64,000 nucleotides of DNA, taken from assembly GCF_009914755.1 (NCBI RefSeq), contig NC_060947.1; one strand, given 5' to 3'. Source of the DNA: the human T2T-CHM13v2.0 reference genome, Homo sapiens. Shown one piece after another: positions 24,353-36,179 of this stretch. The notes under the pieces are model-generated. The model did not search any database. It saw only the letters and a program-made list of their open reading frames with translations, and was not told where the DNA came from. The position numbers and the translations under genes were made by a program. Each line of letters starts with the position of its first letter. Positions within the stretch are counted from its first letter, which is position 1.

Positions 24353-25814
24353 TACTTTTGCCTCTCAACTTACATCCACCCTACTAAGTACATGAAGACT
24401 TTGCTGAGCCTCTTTACAGTTCATGAAATTGTGAAACTCTTTGTCTTCTCTTTCCTATTAATCCTGCCCACACAGGAGGTAGGTGGCTTCCAGTATTTTG
24501 GTTAAGCCCAGCCTACTCATATCCTCCCCCATGGCCCCATGCCAACCAGAGGCTGGGGGAAGAGCAGGTGCTGAAACTTTCAGTTCCACATTGGCCAGTT
24601 TCAGGAGCTGGTGTAAGAGAAAGGTTGTGGATTAGCAAAGTACTGGTGAGAACCAGCCCTCTACCTCAAGAATGCTCCCAGGCAAGTCATAACTTCTCCC
24701 TGAGCAAATCGGGGAAGTCCCAGACCCATGCCATTATACTGGGCCAACTCACCCACATACTACATGGCAGACAGCCAAAGAAAATGAGTCCCAGCTTTCA
24801 GGGCCTCATTTGAGGTAATTGCCTTGAACCGTCTCACTTCACTCCTACTCTTGCTCTTCACTTCTTTCTCTGTTCCTTTGCACACCTGACTCCAGTCCTT
24901 CTTGGAACTGTCTCCTGTTTGTTTGTGACCCTGCTTTCACCCCTTAGGCTTGCCACACTCAGCTTTTGACCCTTAGTGCTTTCTAAGAACAGACTTGTCA
25001 TCATCCCCTGGCTCTTCTTGCTCTTTAAAATTCTAACTCATTACCTTGACTAATTTAAGCTGCCACAAATGGAAATCCTACCCTGATGCTGGCCCACCTG
25101 ACCAGCACTCCAGTCTTCAAGGGGGTGGGGCTTTGGGGTAATAGAGAATAAAGAAGGGAGTCAGAAAGTGATGAGGAACCAATGAGAAAGATGCCTAGCC
25201 AATGCCACCACCTAGTGTAACTGCCTCTTCCCTGGTACACTGAGTCTTAGTACCCCTTCTCTATTTTGAAACTTCTTGAGGCCCACCCATTTGTTCCACA
25301 AAATAGACATCCCCGGGGAGCTGAGAAGGCATACAGCTACCCTCTTTTCTCAGCTTTAAATTAGAACACATAAACTGACACTATGAATGTGCTTATGGCA
25401 ACAACACTATGGAATTTGAATTCATGACTGCCCTAGAAAATCTTTGGTGTACCATCTCCATGCTTATATAGTATGATGGAAGAGTGCCACACATACCTGA
25501 GTCCTCAAAGAGGTACCTGCTAGCCTGACATATTGACAGTACCCTACCACATACTGCGCATTCCTTGCACTCTGGACATACTCATCTGTCTTCAGTTTGT
25601 ATCTGCTACACTCCCTCCTACTACAAGCTGCAAGCTATTTCCTTTTCTGGAAAGCTCTTTCTCACTCCTTAAGAATCAACTACCTCTCTTTCTCCAGAAG
25701 TTACCTCCATCATCACTTTTTAAAGGAAGTTTTCCAAGTTTCCCTCAGTTATATTACTATGTTCCTGCCCATTGGATCCATTGTAGCACTTGCTGCAATG
25801 AAAATTTTGCATTT

Positions 25815-25935
25815 ATTTGTGTGATTCCATAAGAACAAGGGCCATGTATTGTCGTTCACTACTGTCTTCTCAGTGCTTTGCATGATCCACAACAAGTAGT
25901 TGTTTTTTGGTTTAATTGTGCAATGAATGAATGGC
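25815..25935 (+). mobile_element. L2 3' end
   Basis: TTCCATAAGAACAAGGGCCATG...CAATGAATGAATG tail. Confidence 0.6.
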
Positions 25936-26134
25936 CTGAAATGCCCACCAACCAAGTCTTCCAAACATCTTTGTCCATATGCACAAACCACGTGGGAAGA
26001 GAAGAAGTATCCTGAAGTGCATCTGGGATGGTTCCCTTCTATCAGCAAGTTGGTGCATAGGAGTTTAGCAGATGAACAATGTGAGTTTCTAGCAAGGATG
26101 ACACATGCTATGTACCTTTCTAGAGTAGAGTAAT

Positions 26135-26385
26135 TGTGATAACTGGGACACAGAGAAATGCAACATGCCCAAGCTCATTTAGCTAGTAGATAGCAGAGCC
26201 AGGATTCAAATCTTAGTGGTCCAACTCCACTTGATTCACCTTGCTGAACCTTTGTAGTTTTCTCATCTGTAAAATGGGAGCAATGTTACCAGCTTGCAGA
26301 GTCATTACAAAAATTAAATGAGATGATGTATTGAAACCACTTGCACATATTAAGTATTCATTGTATGGTACCTATTAGTATTAGT
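26135..26385. mobile_element. Two MIR fragments in opposite orientation
   Basis: GCAGAGCCAGGATTCAAA (-) followed by TTTCTCATCTGTAAAATGGG (+). Confidence 0.65.
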
Positions 26386-26923
26386 TTCTCTGAAGATGAA
26401 GGGAAGTCAGAGAAGATGCATGCTAGGACAGAGAGGAATGCCTGCCTTTCCATAGTCTCCGCCCATCTTTGTCCCATTTCTCTCTCTCTCTTTCTTTCTC
26501 CCTCTGTCTTCCTCTCGCATCCCACCACCCAGCTATCATCTCCAGAAAGAGATGTTTTTAGGGGTTAGGAAACAAATATAGAGAATAGGTTGAAACAGAG
26601 ATAAATTAGGAATAAAGGGGCTGAAAAAGACACCAGAAGGAGGAAGAAATAGAAGAGTGGCAGGAGAGAAGGGACAGCACATGTAAAATGCTTACATCTT
26701 TGCCTCTACTAAATAAAATTGTAAAAATACAGCAGCACGTGGCCTTCCCACAGGACTTTCTTTTCCTTTTTAAAAAAGAGATAAGGGAGGAGGAAGCATA
26801 AAGACATGGGCCTAGAAGGGTACTGGCTGAGAGTCAATTTGAAGTTACGTCCATCCCTGCCCTAATTCTTCTAGAAAAAGCTAGAAGGCCTAGAAAGAAA
26901 ATCTCAATTTATATAGCTTTAAA

Positions 26924-26970
26924 ACACACACACATAAACACACACACACTACCACCATCACCACCACCAT
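26924..26970. repeat. Compound (CA)n/(CAC)n simple repeat
   Basis: ACACACACACATAAACACACACACACTACCACCATCACCACCACCAT. Confidence 0.85.
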
Positions 26971-29900
26971 TTAATGCTGTCCATTTTTGTATTTTCCAGT
27001 CATTTGTTGGTGTCAGTGTGTCTGTTAGTTGAGTGTGCCCCTGGCTCTTACAGAACAGAAGGCATAAGAGTCCAGGCAATGTGTCTTCTCCTCTGCAACC
27101 AGGTGCTTAATGTTTTCTTGGAACTGTGATGAGAGATGGATGAGGGGAACAGCTCTTCTTATGGTGGTAACCCAGGCAGCTCCCCATCCCCTGCTGGGTT
27201 TGTTTAGTTACGCCTCAGATATCAGAATACCCGGGCCTCTTAGAACACAAGGGCCCAATTGAATAGATCCCCTGGAAGTCCATGGGGCAGAACACAGCAG
27301 GACAAGTGATTCTTGGGAGATTGCTAGGCCAACTTGGCAGAATGGAGACTTGGGAAACCTCTAGTGTACATGTCCAAACCAAATTTGTGAAACACTGGCT
27401 CATCCCCAGGTCCTTTGCTGGGGCCTTTGGGGAAAGTTCTAAATGCAATCCAGTCTAGTTTAACATTTCATTATTTATAATTACAAGACATAAAAAAAGT
27501 GGAAGGAGGGACAGAAACAAGGAACACAGTTAAGGCTTGGCTAGCAACATCTTGGATACAATGTCATTAAAAGTAAAGCATGCTTCTATAAATTAATGAA
27601 TACAAGCTTTTAAAACATTATTTTCAAGAAAAGAAATGTGCAAAAGAAACCATTGTAGTACTTAACATTCATAAGGTGAAAAAGATACTTGTATTAAAAA
27701 AGAAATGTGCCTTGGAAACATATGAGGGATGAGATGCTGCAGGATCTTAATCATAAACCTATGCAGAGTATTATTATAATTAACATTGTTACAATTCTAT
27801 ATGAAATTCCTCATTGGTGGGCACAGGGGAGAAGTTTGCATGTGATGAGCAAGGTTAATACTACTTTTCCTTATTCCTGCTTACTGTGAACTGACCACCT
27901 TTAGATTAGTAATATCCAAAGCTGTCAAACAAGTGGAATTTCCATCCTCATCGTTCTTGTCAGAAGAATAAAAATTATTCTCATGGAGAAACAGGAGTCA
28001 GAATACTTGAATTATGTTCTCACCTTCCTCTTCCTACTATAGAAGCTCAAAAACTCACTCCACCTCTCTGGATCTCAAACACACCATTGGTCATTTAGGG
28101 TTTAATGGATATTACAGATGGTGCTTGCTTTTGTTGAAATGGAATTTTCTCTCTACGTATATCAAGGCCGTAGCCCAGATACAATGTTGGTTTGGAAATT
28201 CTGAAAATCAATACAGATCTATTTTTCTAGCCTCCTCTCTAAGAAATCTGTATGGGGTGAGTGGAAACTAGACAATGGTTCTCAGAGACTGTAACTTCCT
28301 TCTCCCTTTTAATTCATTAAGCATATCTTGAGCACTTTCTCTATGTGCTGTCTTACAGGAAACTAAAGTAGCACATGTAGAATTTGGAAACCACGGAACT
28401 TTCTGAAGAACTTGCACAAGGGTCTCTTACTCTTTAATTTCATGCGCTGACTTTTACCACCTTTCTCTCTCCTCCAACCATTAGGACTCTGCTTTGTTCA
28501 CAAGGTCCGACAGACTCATTGGCCCTTTCCTGCTGGTCATGCCAGATGTGAGTTTCAGCAGCAGCAGCAGAATTCTTTTGTGAAAGAAGCCAACAGAGAC
28601 TAGAAGACCCAGAGTATATTTGAGTGTCAGGGAAATGTCTGACTTAAAAATCTACAGAAAAGTGTTTTCTGCCTGTTACTCCAAACTCTAGGAGGGAAAA
28701 GAAGAGACTAGAGACAGAGAGTCCTGCTCTCCACATCACTTTTCCAGGGGCCCTTCAGGTACAAAGGACAACATGGCTCCCCTAATCACCTATAATTCAC
28801 AAAGAGGTGACTTCTGATGCAAAAACACCACTCCATCATTACTGCACACCAGCTAGCACATGCAATTGGGACAAAATCTGTTCGCTCTCCTCTCTCCCTC
28901 AACTCACAGCCACTCCTACCCTTCTCATACATATACAATAAAAAAGTAGATTGAGAATGTTGAGGCCCTAGTATGACTTCTTATTTCAGTTCATTCCACA
29001 TAAGGGCCTGAGGTCTGAATTCCCTAAGACAGGTCTTGGGTGCTTACATTCTCTTGATCTAGTATTATTGAGAATGGGAGGAAAAGGTTAATACTAAGGA
29101 GTTGGAAGGGACTGCTGGGTAAAATGAGATTTTTTGTGTGCTTCCATTCTTTTTCGTGGGGTTCCTGTCAAAGCTGCATCCTATGATGGAGAAGTCTTTA
29201 TAAACTACCAGAGGGGATTACAGAAAATAGTCTGGACACCAAGGAGAAGCATGGAAATTCTAACAGATAATTCAGAGCCATACAAATTGTTCCTTCCAAC
29301 TCCACTGGCACCAGAGCCCAAGCCACTGATCAGCTACCAGGGCTCCCTGTGCAGCTCTGGAAACACACACAAAGCATATAGCTGCTTACCATTAATTGAT
29401 GAGCTGATAACACTGTGTACATAGACTTTGGACCTCATATGTGACTTGATTTGTAAAAACAATATCTGCCAACAGTCTCTTGGGTCCTAAGGAACACCAG
29501 CTGGGACTAGGATGGGGCTAGAGGCAAAGCCAGATTAAAGAGTACCACTGGCATCCTCAAAACCCAGGCAGAGAATAAGTCAGTAAAAGGCAGGAAGTCC
29601 TAGGATAATGGGAACAAGAAAAGAGGGAAAGATGGGGCAGAGGAAAGAAGGAAAGACCAAAGGAGGAGAGGAAACAAGGAAAGCATTTCTCAGAGGGCTC
29701 AAAACAAAGGCCTTATATGTCATGGAGCTTGCCATTCCCTCCAACCCTGACTCCCCACTCACACTCAGTGCATCTTTATTCTTGTTCCCTCAACCCTAGT
29801 CTTTCCCCATACCCAATGTCACAGTAATCAAACCCACACATCCACAAACAGCAAAACATGTCAAATCTCTCTGTGCTTAAAAACTGTCACCTATTGTATA

Positions 29901-30252
29901 GTGGATGACAAAGATGCCTTGTTGCAAGTTTATCTCTTGCTGCCATGCTGTTCTTTGTAGTAAATGTCACTCAACTTTATTGGGTGAACTAAGAGGGAAG
30001 AACTGTTCCTTTTTAAAGATTCTCCTTTGAGCTCAAGTACTACTACAGCAGAGATGATTGTCTTTGGCATCTTTCTACCTGTCCTTTTAGCACCATCATC
30101 TTCCACGATCTTAATTCCCTCTGGCAAGCCTCCTGCCCAAGATTTCTCTACCATGTTCCATTATCCTAGTTCCTCAGGGATCTGCTTTTCCTTCTTCTAT
30201 ACAGCAAATAAACTCTCCCAAAGGTATTAAATATAGTTGGTAGCTTAATGTG

Positions 30253-30820
30253 TGTGGTGGTTAACAAATTAAGTGTCATCTTGATTGGATTGAAGGTTGC
30301 AAAAGTATTGTTTCTGGGTGTATCTTGGTGTTTCTGGGTGTTGCCAAAAGAGATTAACATTTGAGTCAGTGGACTGAGAGAGGAAGACCCACCTGCAGTG
30401 TGGGTGGGCACTATCCAATCAACTGCCAGCATGGCTAGAAAAAGCAGGCAGAAGAAGGTGGAAGAAGCTGACTAGCTGAGTCTTCCAGCCTTCATCTATC
30501 TGCCATGCTGGATGCTTCCTGCCCTTGAACATCAGACTCCAGGTTCTTTGCCCCTTGGATGCTTTGACTTACACCAGTGGTTTGCCAGGGACTCTCAGGC
30601 CTTTGGCCACAAACCAAAGGCTGCACTGTTGGCTTCCCTACTTTTGAGGTTTTGGGACTCGGATTGAGCCACTACTGGCTTCCTTGCTCCTCAACTTGCA
30701 GACGGCCTATTATGGGACTTCACCTTGTGATCCTGTGAGTCAATTATCCTTAATAAACTCCCTTTCATATATGCATATAACCTATTAGTTCTGTTCCTCT
30801 AGAGAACCCTGACTAATACA
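30253..30820 (+). mobile_element. MLT2A (MLT2A2-like) HERV-L solo LTR
   Basis: TGTGGTGGTTAA...TTGATTGGATTGAAGG start, GAGAACCCTGACTAATACA end; flanks ATGTG/ATGTA as a 5-bp TSD with one mismatch. Confidence 0.92.
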
Positions 30821-30988
30821 ATGTACCACTTTTTTACTCTACCATTGTTGCATTTTCATAGAGGTTAACCCAAAGGAATAGTCCTCAGATGATAGAAAAA
30901 CAAACATGACTGTAAATAAAATAAATTTTGGGACAGTAGACCAGCCTATTCTGCTTCCAGTGAAGGCTAATCTTTGGGATAAGCATAG

Positions 30989-31658
30989 CGTGTCTGGAAT
31001 TTATTCCTTCCTGTGGGTTCTTGGTCTCTCTGACTTCAAGAATAAAGCCACAGACCCACATGGTGAGTGTTACAGCTCTTAAAGATGGTGTGTCTGGACT
31101 TTATTCCTTCAGATGTTCAGATGTGTCCAGAGTTTCTTCCTTCCGGTGGGTTCGTGGTCTTGCTAACTTCAGGAGTGAAGCCACAGACTTTCACAGTGAG
31201 AGTTGCAGCTCTTATAGGTGGCACGTCTGGAGTTGTTTGTTCCTCCCGGTGGGTTCGTGGTCTCGCTGACTTCAGGAATGAAGCCACAGACCCTTGCAGT
31301 GAGTGTTACAGCTCATAAAGGTAGTGTGGACCCAAAGAGTAAGCAGCAGCAAGATTTATTGTGAAGAGCAAAAGAACAAAGCTTCCACAGCATGGAAGGG
31401 GACCCGAGCCGGTTGCTGCTGCTGGCTCAAGTGGCCAGCTTTTATTCCCTTATTTGGCTTTGCCCACATCCTGCTGATTGGCCCATTTTACAGACTGCTG
31501 ATTGATCTATTTTACAGAGTGCTGATTGGTCCATTTTACAGAGTGCTGATTGGTCCATTTTATGGAGTGCTGATTGGTGCATTTACAATCATTTAGCTAG
31601 ACACAAAAGTTCTCCAAGTCCCCAACCGACACAGAAGCTCAGCTGGCTTCACCTCTCA
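30989..31658 (-). mobile_element. LTR12 (ERV9 3' LTR), short form
   Basis: Minus strand starts TGAGAGGTGAAGCCAGCTG right after polypurine tract AGAGGGGGGAT (31659-31669); CCAAT tandem repeats; ends ...ATTCCAGACACG. Confidence 0.95.
31471..31590 (-). promoter_or_regulatory. LTR12 U3 tandem array of ~24-bp CCAAT (NF-Y) units
   Basis: Five copies of TGCTGATTGG...ATTTTACAGAG; four keep ATTGG and one reads ATTGA. Confidence 0.85.
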
Positions 31659-31790
31659 ATCCCCCCTCTAAACAGGACATCCCAACTGCTGTTAGGAATT
31701 GGGCAATGACTGCTCTAGCTACTTCCTGCTGGATAGGGGTGAAGAAGGGGTCCTGCAGTTGTACTGTCTTCCAAAGGGGAACTCTTTAGG

Positions 31791-32288
31791 CTAGTGAAAG
31801 GGCCAGTGGTTTGGTCCAGGGGGTCCTTGGTAGAAGCTTTTAGTTGAGCTCATTTGGGGTTCCATTTGTAAGACCATCTGTAGCTTGATGGCCTCCATAC
31901 TAGAGGAAACAAATTTGACAAGGAGGTTAAAAATACAGGGCCCAAAGGCAAGTAATAGCAAGATGGCTGCCACAGGACCTAGAAAAGGAAGAAGCCATGT
32001 TGCCCTACTCCAGAGGTTGGTATAAGAGCTTGAAAGGCGTTGTCTGATTTCAGAAGCCTTTTCCTGTAAACACTGGGCAGCATCTTGTACTATCCCTGAT
32101 TGGTTAGTGTAAAAACAACACTCTTCCCCTAAGAAGGTGCAGAGTCCTCCTTTCTCAGCAGTGAGGAGGTCTAGGCCTTGGCGGTTCTGGAGAGTCACTG
32201 CTGCCAAAGAGTCTATTTGGGATTGTAGAGTAAGGATAGATTTTGTTATTTCTTACAAACTGTCTGAGAAATCCCTTGAGAGTGAGTG
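31791..32288 (-). pseudogene. ERV9 env transmembrane subunit fragment
   Basis: Immunosuppressive domain LQNRQGLDLLTAEKGG, CX6CC motif CTFLGEECC, membrane helix WLLPFLGPVAAILLLLAFGPC; upstream in-frame TAA at ~32253; SU missing. Confidence 0.92.
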
Positions 32289-32894
32289 ACATGTTACAAT
32301 GTTAACTTTTAGCAAACTTTACTTTTGTTGAAAACCTTGTAAGTTTGGGATTTCAATTATTCTTTGCTATTAATAAGACCTCGTTCAGTCTGTATTAACT
32401 TAGAATTGGTATAGATGGCTCCTTCCTAATACTATAAGTACTTCAATGTTTGGCTGAGTGCAAACAACTGGCACTTTTGAGCAGAACAATTATTAGGCAA
32501 TTTTCCTAACCCTGCTTCTACAAGAGTTTCCTTATCACTTACTGAATACCCATTGTGTCTTTTTCCCTTAATCACCTGGGAGGAACCATCTATCATCCTG
32601 TCCTGAAGGGAGTTCCTCCTAGGTCTCATCAGACCTTTGTATGGTAATTAATTAGGATTAAATCCCCTGTTAGGAAACCTGCTAGGTTAAGGATTTTTGA
32701 TAGGAAGGATTTTTGATAGGATTTTGATAGGGTTGTCAGTGGCCTCAGTGCTTTTGGGCTACACCCTTGTTTACACTGACAACAAGGTGGTATTGGAGTG
32801 TTATAGAGTCACAGAGAAGACCTTCAATCAATTATAGGTTTTAAATTTACCCTGGCTTTTAAAGGAATAGGGTACACTTTTTTTTTAATTACTT

Positions 32895-33080
32895 CTATCT
32901 CTCTTTCTTTCTGTTCTTCTTTGTCTCTTTCTGTCTTTCCTCTCTCTTTCTGTCACTCTGTCTTTTCCTCTCTCTCTCTGTTTCTCTTTGACTTGATGTC
33001 TCTTTTTCTCTCTTCCTCTCTCTTTGACTCCTTCTTTGTCTCTGTCTCTTCCTCTCTCTCTCCAAATTTCTGTCTCTGCC
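32895..33080. repeat. CT/AG-rich low-complexity tract inside ERV9 pol
   Basis: TCTCTTTCTTTCTG... tract; explains the R/E/K-rich tail of ORF 32885-33649. Confidence 0.85.
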
Positions 33081-33094
33081 AGCCGCTTATGCTG

Positions 33095-33925
33095 CGTTGC
33101 AACCTCCTTGGGTTTTTGCACTACATGCAATAATTCCATGGTTTCCTTGTGATATTTAATGGGGGTTCCCCCAGAGGTTAGGAACTCCCTTTCCTTCCAT
33201 ATTGCAGCATGGGCATGTAGGATTATATAAGCATACTTGCTATCTGTATACACATTTATTCTTTTTCCCTTTCCCAGTTCTAAGGCTCGGGTAAGTGCCA
33301 CTAGTTCTGCTAACTGGGCACTGGTCCCTGGGGGAAGAGGCTTACCTTCAAGTATGGTTACATCACTAACTATGGCATAACTTGCCCTTTGTATCCCGTT
33401 CTCCACAAATGAACTTCCATCAGTATATAGGTTAAGGTCAGGATTAGCTAAGGGGACTTCTAAGAGACCAACTCGGGTGGCATAAATCTGGACTATAATT
33501 TGCTGACAGTCATGTTTGATTGGTTCCCCATCCTCTGGGAGAAAAGTGGCAGGGTTGAGGGCTATGCATGTCATATTTGACTCCCTCAAGGAGTAGTGCC
33601 TGGTATCTAAGTAGGCCATTGTCTGATAGCCATAAACTTCCTTTGGCACCTAGTATGCCATTTACATCATGAGTAGTCCAGACAGTGAGATCCTTTCCTT
33701 GTATTTTGATAACCTCTGACACTAAGACAGCCACCGCCACAACTACCTGTAAGTGGTGAGGCCAGCCTTTTGCTACTACATCAATTTCCTTACTTAGGTA
33801 TGTCACTGGTTGTGGGGTTGTCCCACGAGTCTGAGCAAGGACTCCAAGAGCTATCCCTGCTCTCTCTGTGATGTATAAAGAGAAATTTTGTCCCGTGGGA
33901 AGGCTTAAGGCTGGAGCTTGAGTTT
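33095..33925 (-). pseudogene. ERV9 pol connection/RNase H fragment
   Basis: QAPALSLPTGQNFSLY...QPVTYLSKEID then LNPATFLP...YTDGSSFVENG; frameshifted. Confidence 0.9.
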
Positions 33926-33929
33926 GTTC

Positions 33930-34549
33930 CTTCCAATGCCCAAACTTAAGGGTTGATTCCCTCCTCAAGTAGGGGACAACAAATGGGTAACTTGTTCCCC
34001 ATATTCATGTAGATAATAGCTCCAGCTTTGGCTAATATATCCCTCCCTAATAAGGGTGTGGGATTTTCAGGCATAACAAGAAAGGCATGTGAAAAGAGCA
34101 AAGTCTCCCAATTACAACTGAGGAGGTAGGAGAAATACCACCTCCTCATGCTGTCCCAGGATTCCTTGGATGGTAACAGACCTTGAGGATAGCTGTCCAG
34201 GACAGGAGATTAACACTGAGAAAGCCACACCAGTGTCCAGAAGGAAGTCAATTTTCCTGGCCCTTAATGGTTATACGTACCCGGGGCTCAGTGAGGGTGA
34301 TGACATGAGCCGGCACTTGCCCCAGGCACCCTCAGTCCTGTTGTTGGATCATCTGGTTGGGGGCTTCTGGCTCAGAGAAACTTTGTCCTCTGGGGCAGTG
34401 TGCCTTCCAGTGACTGCCTCGGCATAGCGGACATGAATGGGGGGCGGCTTGTTTCTCGTTGGGCAATCTTTTTTAAGTGTCCTTGTAAACTACACTGATA
34501 ACAAGCCCTACTGGGTGATTGGCCTGCTCCATTTTCTGTCCTCTCTGAA
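33930..34549 (-). pseudogene. ERV9 gag C-terminus (CCHC knuckle) and protease
   Basis: RACYQCSLQGH at ~34480-34512; SHAFLVMPENPTPLLGRDIL. Confidence 0.88.
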
Positions 34550-34598
34550 GAATTTTCCTAATTCTGCACCTGGGGGCCAGGTGCAGAAAGCTATAATT

Positions 34599-34982
34599 TG
34601 AATGTCCTCCAAAGTTCATATGTTGAAACTTAATCCCCATAGTGGCAGTATTAAGAGGTGTGGTCTTTAGGAGCTGATTGAGTCATGAGGGGTCCACCTT
34701 CATGAATGGGTGTGGATGCCCTTAAAAGAGAGCTTGACAAGGGGAGTTTGCCCCTATTATTCCCATCCATACTTTCCACTGTATGACAACACATTACTAC
34801 TCTTCAGATAATCTAACAACAATGTTTCATCTTGGAAGCGGAGCCCAGACTCTCAATAGGCACCAAATCTGCCACATTGAGCTTGGACTCCCCACCTCCA
34901 AAAGTGTGAGAAATAAATTTCTGTTCTTTATAAATTACCCAGTCTACAGTATTTTACTATAGAAGCACAAATATACTAAGAC
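34599..34982 (+). mobile_element. MaLR solo LTR (MST-type)
   Basis: GCTATAATTTGAATGTCCTCC...TGTTGAAACTTAATCCCC; GTGAGAAATAAATTTCTGTTCTTTATAAATTACCCAGTC. Confidence 0.85.
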
Positions 34983-36179
34983 TCAAATTATGCTCCTTCT
35001 TCAACTTGCAGTCTAACTGGGCAAAGCAACGTGATTTGCAAGATAATAAACATTCACATAGAGATAAAGGACTCCAGTCAAAGTCGACTGCAGCACACCC
35101 TGGGCTAGTTACATTGGCCTGCCTCTGCATTCTGTGTTCTCACATCTCATGTGCCTTTTGTTCCACTGAGCTCTGAGCCAGGCTAGAAAGGCAAGTCTAT
35201 TACTTCTTCCAAGTGAGATGGCAGAGTTCCAAGTGCAGGAAGGAAACAATCTTATCAGACCTCTAGCCCATTGATAAAACCACAGAAGGAAATCATTGAG
35301 TCTTAAATTGAGAAAGGGAAGTCTTAGATAAAAATAAGAATTGCCTGGGAGTTTCCACTTTAAAGTAACTTTTTCCACATCAATAGAACAACTTTTTATC
35401 ATAGCAAGGGTAATTTATTTGTGGTCTTAGAGCCGAAATGCTGTTTGCCTGTTTAGAGCTGTTTATAAGGTCTACAGTAATGATTAATCCCTCCCACTCC
35501 CAAAAGATAGCCATTCTTTTCTCTACACCACTTCCTTTTTCAATTCATCAAGTCTTGTCCTAAAGGCCCAGAGTTCTTCTTTCAGATACTCTCTGAGTTT
35601 TCCCAGTACTGTATTTAGGTTTCATAATAGAAGAAACTGCCAGATGGTGAAAAGAGACTGCCTGGACAACATATCAAAAGAAATTATGAAATTGCTTTCA
35701 TTCTAGATACTACCTGTCTGAATCTGTGTAGAATATATCCCTCCATTAGAAGGTTTTTTCCAATGCTAGAGTTTTAGAATTCTACGTGGTGTTTTGGGTT
35801 TTTCAGTTAGTCAGTTAATTAGCTTGCTTATTTATTTTCATATTCAATGATATTATTCTTCAACCACACTCAGAAAGAGACCAGACACATTGAGGAGAGT
35901 GAACTATAGTAGGGGTAAATATATAAATATGCAAAGGAACACCAAAGCCAGAGAAATTTTCAAACACCCACAATTTCAATAGAATCTTCATGCTGAGGAA
36001 TTATCTTCAGCCTTCTTCATTAACTTAAAGACTTAAGGTAAATTTCTATGGGACAGTGACCTAAGGGCCTTTATGGGAGTTAAGAAAGAGTGGAAAATCC
36101 AACAAAAAACAGAAATCTCTTGAATTTTTCTCTCTTTTTTACAAGTTTGGCCAACAATGCAATGCAGGCAGTTATATCT

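Larger units (their letters stand above)
31659..34549 (-). mobile_element. HERV9/ERV9 internal remnant (gag end, pro, partial pol, env TM); 5' half and 5' LTR absent
   Basis: gag zinc knuckle, protease DFLLDTG, RNase H LYTDGSS/SAQLAELVALTRAL/VYTDSKY, env TM. Confidence 0.93.

Noticed and set aside
28556-28570. (CAG)5 tract
   Set aside because: Too short and not in an identifiable exon
31021-31590. Repeat arrays that look superficially CRISPR-like
   Set aside because: Standard LTR12 U3/U5 tandem repeats without unique spacers; eukaryotic context, no cas genes
32885-33649. 254-aa ORF as a possible domesticated gene
   Set aside because: Frameshifted ERV9 RNase H fused to low-complexity AG sequence
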